Assembly (NCBI GenBank): GCA_016197285.1
Contig: JACPWD010000048.1
Coordinates: 53,025 to 117,024 of the forward strand
DNA from: Deltaproteobacteria bacterium
GTDB taxonomy: Bacteria; Desulfobacterota; Binatia; Bin18
Direction of reading: 5' to 3'
DNA: 64,000 nt
The position numbers were made by a program, and so were the translations under genes. Below, in pieces: positions 44,189 to 51,985 of the stretch. Numbering within the stretch: the stretch's first letter is position 1; each line of letters starts with the position of its first letter. Under the pieces are notes generated by a model. That model was not told where the DNA came from. It did not search any database and was given only the letters and a program-made list of their open reading frames with translations.

Positions 44189-45196
44189 ATGATCGCCACG
44201 ATGCATTTATACGCCTCTTTCCCACGCAAACTTTGCTGCGCTGTTTTGGTTGTCCTCGCTTTCCTGCTCTTCACCGCTCCGCTATCGCAGGCGGGATGCG
44301 GATGCGATAAACCGCCGCCACTGCCAGCACCGGTGATTCCCCATGCTGCTTTTGGCAGCATGAAAATCTCTCTTTTTCACGCCGCCTTTACAGAAGGACA
44401 GTCGTGGACCGTCACGTTTCATAATGGCGCAGGAGCAAGCGCCTCTCGGAAAGCGACCGTGGTGTTAAGGCGAGACATCGGCGACACCAGCGGGCAAACC
44501 ATTACGCCGCGACTTCTTCTTCCCCTTCCTGCCAATCTTCCGGTCGGTCCTACGAGCATCACCGTCTCGCGAGGAGCAACCTCATTCACTATTCCCGACA
44601 CCACGTTTACGGTCATCGGCAAGCCTGTGATGGTGGCGGAAAAAACCCTCGAGTTCACGAAAGCCAACTACAAAACCGCCGTAGGCGCGGATGGCGCTCT
44701 CTATTTCAGTCTCGGTGGGCTCGCAAAAGTCTGTCAGCCCATGAAATTCAAAGCACTCATGGAGGGCAATCCACTGCGGTTCGGCGACCAAGGACACATC
44801 GACATTCTTAATACGCAAGGGTTCCTGATCGAATCGCTCTCGTGCACACCTGCGGGGTGCACGCCAGCCACGCACTATTTCCCGGATATGAACACGGGTA
44901 GCGACGAGAAGAGCGATAAAATAGAATACTGGCGTCATTCCTTCACCCAATACTGCACGGACCATCGTTCAGGAGGGGCCAAGGCGCTCGACCCGCAGGA
45001 TCGCAACTGGCACAAGGACGGCACCCCACATGTGGATTACTCGGCGCTGATCTTTGCAGTCACCGGCCACTATGACGACGGCTCCACTCCCGGCACGGGT
45101 GCTACGGTTTTCGACCTTGACTTGGAAAGCGACCCGGACGATATGCAGGAGGGATGGGAAACGGAGAAAGAGGAAGAACACTCGGGGCCGCATTAA
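44189..45196 (+). CDS. exported protein of unknown function (possible lipoprotein)
   Basis: Signal sequence CCAVLVVLAFLLFTAPLSQAGC. It is beta-rich with an acidic C-terminus (DLESDPDDMQEGWETEKEEE). I recognised no domain. Confidence 0.55.
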   Translation: MIATMHLYASFPRKLCCAVLVVLAFLLFTAPLSQAGCGCDKPPPLPAPVIPHAAFGSMKISLFHAAFTEGQSWTVTFHNGAGASASRKATVVLRRDIGDTSGQTITPRLLLPLPANLPVGPTSITVSRGATSFTIPDTTFTVIGKPVMVAEKTLEFTKANYKTAVGADGALYFSLGGLAKVCQPMKFKALMEGNPLRFGDQGHIDILNTQGFLIESLSCTPAGCTPATHYFPDMNTGSDEKSDKIEYWRHSFTQYCTDHRSGGAKALDPQDRNWHKDGTPHVDYSALIFAVTGHYDDGSTPGTGATVFDLDLESDPDDMQEGWETEKEEEHSGPH

Positions 45197-45254
45197 TCGT
45201 CGTCTTCGCTGCGAGGCAACCCGGCACCTCGGGTCGAGAATCTCATCACCGACC

Positions 45255-46871
45255 ATGTCTTCTTTATGGCGAGTATTCCAGACGCCGCTGCTCCTCCTGC
45301 TCGGCGCGTTTCTCTATATCGTCGCGGCCCCTCCCTACGAGTGGAGCCTTGCCGGCTGGGTGGCGCTGACCCCATTATTCCTTGTCGTCCGTGGCGCGGC
45401 GCCGCTCGCGGCTTTTGCCGCCGGCTTCGTCTATAGCTTGTTGACGTGTGCCGGTATTACCTACTGGCTCTACTTCGCCATTGCCGCCTACTTTCCTTTC
45501 TCCTCCGTCGCTGCGTTCCTGTTCACGTTGCTGAGCTATAGCGTGTTCGTCGGTGTCTATATCGGTCTGGCATCGGCAGGCGCATGTCTCTTGATGCGCA
45601 ACCCACGCTCGTGGCTTTCTTGGCTGGGCGTCCCGGCCTTGTGGGTCGGTGCCGAATATGCTCGCACTTCGCTGCTCTCAGGATTCTCTTGGGAACTCTT
45701 GGGGTACACCCAGTATCGTCACCTGCCGCTGATTCAGCTTGCCGACCTGACCGGCGTCTACGGCGTCTCTTTTCTCCTGGCCTTCAGCAGTTATGTTGCG
45801 GCGGAAGCTGTCGTGTCGTTCCGTCTCTCGCCTTTCTTCTTCCGCTCCTCGCTTTCCGCTTCCCGGTTTCCCTGGCCAGCACTGAATCTTCTTCTCGGTG
45901 GCGTTGTGCTCGCCTACGTCTATGGAGCTGCGCGACTGCACCAGTACTCCGGCGGTCCTCTTGTCGCGCCGCTGTCTGTCGCCGTGGTGCGCAGCGCCAC
46001 GGCGAACGCGCAGCGCTGGCAGCGCGCTTCTCATGCTGGCTCCTTGCTGCGGTACATCTCGGCCACGCGCGAGGGCGTTGCCAAGCGCCAACCGGATTTG
46101 ATCGTCTGGCCGGAATTCGCCGTCACCTTCTACCTCGATCAGGAACCTGGGTTGCGTGCGCAACTAGGATGGCTGACGAACTCGGTGCGCGCCGCACTTC
46201 TCCTTGGCGCTCCGCGCATGGAGCGCATGGGAGACGTCACCCGCTATTACAACTCCGCGTACTTGCTATCTCCCAGCGCAGCAGCGGTCCAAGTCTACGA
46301 TAAGATCCGGCTGGTGCCTTTCGCGGAATACCGTCCTTCCGGCTTCCCGACGTTCGCGCCGCAGACCGACGACGCCCCTAGCGAGTTCACTGCCGGACAA
46401 CGAGCGACTGTGTTTTCTCTCCTGCACAGCGCCTTCGGCGTGACGATCTGTTACGAGGCGACCTATCCCACGCTATCTCGCCGCCTCGTGCAAAACGGCG
46501 CGCAATTTCTCGTCAACATCTCTAACGACACCTGGTTAACGAGCCCAGGAGACGCCGCCGCCGCGCAGCATTTTTCCATGACGGTGTTCCGTGCGGTCGA
46601 GAACAAACGCGCGCTTGTGCGCGCCGCCACCGCCGGGGTTTCGGCTTTCATCGACCCCGTCGGGCGGGTGTCACAGCGTTCCGCATCGCCGGATGGAGTG
46701 GTGTTGGGAGAGGCCACCCCGCAAAACGGACTGACGGTGTATACGCGCTATGGAGACTGGTTCGCCGCCCTGTGTCTGGGAATCGGAGCCAGCACTCTGT
46801 TCGCGGTTCGGTGGCAACCGGCGATCGACACCGCCGTAAGCGAGGAACAGGATGCTGCCGCTGTGGCGTAA
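45255..46871 (+). CDS. lnt: apolipoprotein N-acyltransferase
   Basis: ATG at 45255. It has an N-terminal multi-TM block plus a C-terminal nitrilase/CN-hydrolase domain (VWPEF, CYE catalytic Cys context). Confidence 0.85.
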   Translation: MSSLWRVFQTPLLLLLGAFLYIVAAPPYEWSLAGWVALTPLFLVVRGAAPLAAFAAGFVYSLLTCAGITYWLYFAIAAYFPFSSVAAFLFTLLSYSVFVGVYIGLASAGACLLMRNPRSWLSWLGVPALWVGAEYARTSLLSGFSWELLGYTQYRHLPLIQLADLTGVYGVSFLLAFSSYVAAEAVVSFRLSPFFFRSSLSASRFPWPALNLLLGGVVLAYVYGAARLHQYSGGPLVAPLSVAVVRSATANAQRWQRASHAGSLLRYISATREGVAKRQPDLIVWPEFAVTFYLDQEPGLRAQLGWLTNSVRAALLLGAPRMERMGDVTRYYNSAYLLSPSAAAVQVYDKIRLVPFAEYRPSGFPTFAPQTDDAPSEFTAGQRATVFSLLHSAFGVTICYEATYPTLSRRLVQNGAQFLVNISNDTWLTSPGDAAAAQHFSMTVFRAVENKRALVRAATAGVSAFIDPVGRVSQRSASPDGVVLGEATPQNGLTVYTRYGDWFAALCLGIGASTLFAVRWQPAIDTAVSEEQDAAAVA

Positions 46872-49509
46872 AGGGTGCGCCGCCGCGTTCATCGCGTTCG
46901 CCATCGGGTTGGCGGCTACCTGCGGCATCACCAGCGCCCGGTGGGTGCACACGACCTTCCCCGGCTTCCTCGTCATGGACAATCGGGTAGTAGCGTCGGT
47001 GAGCTTACCGCACTGGCCGGTCGCTCACCGTTCTCCGAGCAGTGTCTACCAACACGTCGTGATCGCCGTGAACGGTCAACCCGTCGTATCGAGCGCCGAC
47101 CTCTACGCGCTGGTCCGGCGTCTCCCGTCCGGCGTTCCGGTCACGTATACGTTGGAGAAAGACGGGCAACTCTCATCTCTCAGCTTGCCCACCGTGACGT
47201 TTCTCCTGTCGGACTACGTGCTGCTGTTTGTCGCCTATTTATTTAACGGCTTGGCCCTGGCGTTTATCGGCGTCGGCGTCTGGTTTCTCAAACCCGCCAC
47301 GCCGGCCAGTCTAGCCTTGTTCCTGGGAGGGATCACGTCGGGGCTTTTTACCCTCACCGCCGCCGATCTGTATGGTCCGCATTGGTTCTTTCGCCTCCAC
47401 GTTCTTGGGGAAGCGTTCTTTCCCGCCGGGTTCATTCACCTCGCCCTAGTGTTTCCAGTCGATCGGTTGCGTCGTCGCCGCGCGCTCGTGCTCGCGGTAC
47501 CGTATCTCGTCGCGCTGGCACTGGGCACCGCTTACGAGCTGTGGTTGTACCATCCTTCAGCTTACTCGCTGATCCATAGTTTGTGCATGGTGTACGTCGG
47601 CGTGGGTGCCGTCATTTTCGTGGGGCGAGTCGTGCAAGATTATCTTGAAACGACATCGCTGCTCATCCGCCAGCGTATCCGTGTCGTGCTGCTGGGGTTC
47701 CTGGGCGGATTCGCGTTGCCGGCAGGTCTCATGTTCGCCTCTGGCGTGACTGGAGGCGATATCGCGGTCAACTACGCCGCATTCACCGCCTTTCTGTTTC
47801 CCTTGAGCCTCGGGTACGCCGTCGTCAAACATGATCTCTTCGACATTGACGCGTTCTTGAAACGTGGGGTCTATTACCTTGCTTTGACGGTAACGTTGGG
47901 CGGCGGCTATCTCTGCTTTCTCACGCTCCTCGACCTCGGGCTCCACTCTTCCGAGTGGGCACGCTCCCCGCTCTTTCATCTGCTTTTTACTCTCATCGTC
48001 GTCTTCTTGTTCAACCCGCTTAAAGACCACGTCCAGCACGTCATCGACCGGCTTTTCTTCCGCTTGCGCTATAATCCCCGGAAAGTGCTCGAAGTCACGA
48101 GCGCGTTTCTCGCGGCGACGCTACGGTTCGAGGACATCCTGGCGTTCCTGTGGCGCACGATCGGTGGGACGCTTGGGGTCACGCAAGGAGGCATTTTCTT
48201 GTACGACGCCAGCACCGGCACGTATGCCGCTGCCTATCCACCGCAGCATCCGCTGCTCCCGTTTCGGCTCTCCGACGCGCTTCTGCATTCTTTTCAACAA
48301 GGAAAGAAACGCGTCTTCTCTTTGTACGATCTTTCCGAGGGAGCGGAAGAGACGCTCCAGGCCAGAGACGACCTGCACCGCCTACTCGCGGCCTCTCACG
48401 CGCAACTGGCGGTCTCTCTCTTGCTCAAAGGAGAACTGCTCGGTCTGATCATCCTTGGACAGAAAGAATCCGGTAGCTTCTTCACCGCCGACGATGGCGA
48501 ATTTCTCGCGACTCTGGCGAACCAGAGTGTCCTCTCCATTTCCAACGCTCGCGCCTACCAAGCCATTCAAGAGTTCAATGCCGCTTTGGAGCAGAAAGTG
48601 GACGCGCGCACGCAGGAGTTGGCGCGGACGAACGAGGAGTTGCAAGCGTTGTTACAACAGTTGGAGCAAGCGTACCGAGATTTGCAGTACAGTCAGGAAA
48701 ACCTCTTGCGCGCCGAAAAAATGGCCGCGCTGGGCCGCCTGACGGCTGGCATCGCCCACGAAATGAACACCCCTCTGGGCGCTTCGCTGACTTCGCTGAA
48801 GCTCTTGCAAGACCTGGTGGTAGAATATCGCTCCTCGATCGACAATCCCCTCGTGAACGCGGGCGATCACCGCGATATCGCCGCCGAGATGTATCGGCTG
48901 GTACGCGCCACGCGCCAGTGGGTCGACAAGGCCGCAGCCCATATTCGCAGCCTCAAAACTCATACCCGCGATCTCCAACGCGACGAGTCGCGCTCGTTTT
49001 CGGTGGTGGAGGTCGTTGACGATACCGGCCTGCTCCTCTCGCACCGTCTGCGCCTCTCGCGCTGTTCGCTCCTGATCTCATGCACGGCGACGGACCCAGT
49101 GCTCTACGGCGATCCGGGGAAACTCGGTCAGGTGCTGACGAATTTGATCGTCAACGCGATCGATGCCTATGTCGGCGTGCAAGCCGGGTCTGGAGAGATC
49201 TTCGTGCACATCTCGGAAGCGGACGGTGGGTTGGAAGTCCGTGTCCGCGACCACGGCAGCGGCATTCCTCCAGACCATCTCGAACGGATTTTCGACGACT
49301 TTTTCTCGACGAAACCGCTGGGAGAAGGCACTGGCCTCGGGCTACCGATTGCGCGCACCATTATTACCAACTTCTTCGGCGGCGAGCTGTCCGTGACTTC
49401 CACACCTGGCCAAGGGAGCGAGTTTATTGTCCGGCTGCCTCGGGAGAACGCGGTGTCGATAAGTCAGCCTCAACTTTTGCAGAGTCAGATAAGCGCTAGT
49501 GCGGATTGA
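46852..49509 (+). CDS. multi-TM sensor histidine kinase (periplasmic N-domain, ~8 TM, GAF-like, HisKA, HATPase)
   Basis: H-box AGIAHEMNTPLG, an N box (TNLIVNAID), and G boxes (DHGSGI, GTGLGL). It overlaps lnt by 20 nt. Confidence 0.8.
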   Translation: MLPLWRKGCAAAFIAFAIGLAATCGITSARWVHTTFPGFLVMDNRVVASVSLPHWPVAHRSPSSVYQHVVIAVNGQPVVSSADLYALVRRLPSGVPVTYTLEKDGQLSSLSLPTVTFLLSDYVLLFVAYLFNGLALAFIGVGVWFLKPATPASLALFLGGITSGLFTLTAADLYGPHWFFRLHVLGEAFFPAGFIHLALVFPVDRLRRRRALVLAVPYLVALALGTAYELWLYHPSAYSLIHSLCMVYVGVGAVIFVGRVVQDYLETTSLLIRQRIRVVLLGFLGGFALPAGLMFASGVTGGDIAVNYAAFTAFLFPLSLGYAVVKHDLFDIDAFLKRGVYYLALTVTLGGGYLCFLTLLDLGLHSSEWARSPLFHLLFTLIVVFLFNPLKDHVQHVIDRLFFRLRYNPRKVLEVTSAFLAATLRFEDILAFLWRTIGGTLGVTQGGIFLYDASTGTYAAAYPPQHPLLPFRLSDALLHSFQQGKKRVFSLYDLSEGAEETLQARDDLHRLLAASHAQLAVSLLLKGELLGLIILGQKESGSFFTADDGEFLATLANQSVLSISNARAYQAIQEFNAALEQKVDARTQELARTNEELQALLQQLEQAYRDLQYSQENLLRAEKMAALGRLTAGIAHEMNTPLGASLTSLKLLQDLVVEYRSSIDNPLVNAGDHRDIAAEMYRLVRATRQWVDKAAAHIRSLKTHTRDLQRDESRSFSVVEVVDDTGLLLSHRLRLSRCSLLISCTATDPVLYGDPGKLGQVLTNLIVNAIDAYVGVQAGSGEIFVHISEADGGLEVRVRDHGSGIPPDHLERIFDDFFSTKPLGEGTGLGLPIARTIITNFFGGELSVTSTPGQGSEFIVRLPRENAVSISQPQLLQSQISASAD

Positions 49510-49563
49510 ACGTCAAGCCGGACTGTGGCATATACAGGCCACATATCATCAAAGGAGGACAGT

Positions 49564-50007
49564 ATGGCGACTCAGAGCACCGAAGCGGCATTGCAAGCAG
49601 TGATGGATCGCGAAGCGATTCGCACTTTACCCGTGCGTTATTGCCATTGCGTATGGCAGAAGGACCTGGACGGGTACGTGAATTTGTTTACCGACGATGG
49701 GGCGATGTCCACCAACGATCCCAGCCTACCGCGCGCGCAAGGGCGCGAGGCGTTGCGAAAGATGATCGGCGAGGGGTTGGATACGATGAAGCCACGTCCT
49801 TTTATTCACAACCATGTGGTCGAGTCGCAAGGAGCGGACCAGGCTAAAGGGACCTGTTATGTCGAAGTGCGGCTTCAGCGCGACGGAAAGCCGTGGGCGA
49901 TGTCGGGGTGGTACAATGACGAATACGCCAAAGTCGGAGACGAGTGGAAGTTCAAGTCGCGTCGGATTACCGTGGATTCTTTTGCGCCGGTGAGCGGCGA
50001 GAAGTAA
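49564..50007 (+). CDS. SnoaL-like / NTF2-fold protein
   Basis: AAAGGAGGA RBS. The ~147-aa protein has AVMDREAIRTLPVRYCHCVWQKDLDGYVNLFTDDG, which is typical of the SnoaL_4 type. Confidence 0.6.
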   Translation: MATQSTEAALQAVMDREAIRTLPVRYCHCVWQKDLDGYVNLFTDDGAMSTNDPSLPRAQGREALRKMIGEGLDTMKPRPFIHNHVVESQGADQAKGTCYVEVRLQRDGKPWAMSGWYNDEYAKVGDEWKFKSRRITVDSFAPVSGEK

Positions 50008-50019
50008 GGACGTTGCTGT

Positions 50020-50039
50020 GGGCGGCCGCAGGGCCGCCC
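50020..50039. terminator. GC-rich hairpin between convergent genes
   Basis: GGGCGGCC-GCAG-GGCCGCCC, a perfect 8-bp stem with a 4-nt loop. There is no clear U-tract. Confidence 0.45.
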
Positions 50040-50042
50040 CTA

Positions 50043-51979
50043 TCAACAGTTTTGCCGGCCTCCCTCCGATAACTCTTCGATGAGAGTCTTCGCCTCTCGC
50101 AAATCTTTGGTATCGAATCCTTCCGTGAACCAGCCGTAAATCTCGGACAACATCTGCCGCGCTTCAGTTCGCTTGCCTTGTTGTTGCCACAGGCGGGCGA
50201 GGCTCACCGTGGCGCGGAGTTCGAGGGATTTGGCTTGCTGCTTCTGCGCGATGTCGATGGCTGTAAGGAAGCAGGCTTCGGCTTCTGCTTCCTTCTCCCT
50301 CAAGCCTACAGCCTGCAGCCTACCTCCTTCTTCCTCTGTCTTCTCCCTCAAGCCTACAGCCTGTAGCCTTAAGCCTTCCTGCGCTAGCAGGAGTTCCCCC
50401 TTGACCCGATACACCTCCGCCTCGTAGAAGCGCTCGGCATTCTTCTCCACCAGCCGCAGCGCCTCCGCAATCGTCGCTAACCCTTCCTCTAGTTGTCCTG
50501 CTCCTCCATGCCCCACGGCCAGCCAGGCGAGATAACCGGTCTTTAAGGTTTCTCCTTCTTGCGCCTCCAGACCCTGCCGTACCTGAACGATTCCCTCCGC
50601 CCATTGTTCCCGCGTGATCAGCGCTACTCCTCGCTGGACAGTGCTCCAGGCCACGTAAAAGGGAAACCCCTGCTCGCTCGCCAGCGTCACCCCCGCGTCA
50701 GCGTGCTCCTGGGCGACGCGAGCAGGCGATACAACTCTGCTTCCGGCTGGGGGATGACCTGCCGGATGAGACTCACAGGGAACTCACGCCCAATGACCGC
50801 GAGCTGTTGTAGCAAGGCTTTCTCGCCTGGAGCAAGGCGGTCGATACGGGCGGCGAGAATGCCTTGGACGGTCGGAGGAATGTGCAGGTCGGTGGGGAGG
50901 GGCACGGCGAGCCGTGCCCCTACGAATTCGTAGAACAACCGGGATTTGCCGAGCCCCGGCTCGCCCATCGTGCCCACGATCTGCCCATGTCCGGCTTTGG
51001 CCTGCTCCAAGGCTTTTTGCAGTTGCTCCATCTCGCTCTGCCGCCCGACAAACCGCGTCAGTCCCCGCCGCGCGGACACCTGCAGCCGCGTGCGCAACGG
51101 CCCCACGCCCAGCACTTCATAGATGTGCTGGGGTTCTTCTACTCCCTTGATCTGCGTGGGTCCAAGATTCTTGAAGGCAAAGTAGCCGTCGGTGAGGCGG
51201 TGCGTGTATGCCGAGACGACGATGGCACCGGGAGTGGCCAACTGCTCCATCCGTGCCGCAATGTTGGTCGAGTGCCCGACCGGCACATAATCGGCATAGA
51301 GAGCGTCTTTCTGAATGGACCGCACCACCACTTCCCCGGTGTTGATGCCCACGCGCATCAGCAGCGGCGCAGAGCCTTTTACTCGCAGCGTATCGGTATA
51401 GCGGCGCATGGCGTCTTGCAGGCGTAGCGCGGCATACACGGCCCGCTGGGGATGGTCTTCATGGGCAATCGGCGCGCCGAACAGGGCAAAGATGCCATCG
51501 CCCAGGGCTTGCGCGACATAGCCGTCATACTGATGCACGGCGTCCATCATGAGCTGCAATGCCGGGTCAATAATCGCGCGGGCTTCCTCGGGATCGAGTC
51601 CTTCGATCAACGCCGTCGAGCCTTTGAGATCGGCAAACAGGGCGGTGATGGTCTTGCGCTCGCCGTCGGTCAACGGGGTCGCGCGGATGCGCTCGGCCAG
51701 ATGTGGGGGCGTGTAGCTGCCCGGGGGCTGGGGATTGGGTACTAGGGGTTGGGGACTAACAACTGACAACTGAGAACCGACAACTGGCACCGCGCCGACC
51801 CACACCAGCCCGCGTCCATCGTGCTCGGTAATCTCGGGATGTGAGAACAGCAGTTCTTCTTTGAGATCGTCGAGGTCCTGATTGTCGAGCGTCAACTCAC
51901 GCTGCAAGGCACGATAGGAAATCCGACCTCGTGCACGAATCAGCTCAGCAGCTTGGTCGACGACCTCAGAAAACTTCAC
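50043..51979 (-). pseudogene. adenylate/guanylate cyclase - AAA ATPase - TPR signalling protein, internally deleted and frameshifted
   Basis: It has an intact class III cyclase domain (ALFADLKGST...GDGIFALFG...VGINTGEVVV) and the P-loop GEPGLGKSRL. That is followed within ~20 aa by motifs that normally lie far downstream (ILAARIDRL). There is a frame change at 50687-50690 (GTGA), after which the TPR tail ends in FDTKDLREAKTLIEEL. Confidence 0.7.
51723..51787. repeat. G-rich + ACAACTG heptamer array inside the cyclase gene linker
   Basis: GGGGCTG GGGATTG GGTACTA GGGGTTG GGGACTA ACAACTG ACAACTG AGAACCG ACAACTG. It is translated on the minus strand as VVGSQLSVVSPQPLVPNPQPP. Confidence 0.7.
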
Positions 51980-51985
51980 AACCGT

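Noticed and set aside
50687-50690. A possible in-frame UGA (selenocysteine) joining the two cyclase/TPR ORFs, considered because selA/selC are in the window.
   Set aside because: The TGA (50689-50687) and the next ORF's GTG (50690-50688) are offset by one nucleotide. The junction is therefore a frameshift, not an in-frame stop. No SECIS-like context was examined further.
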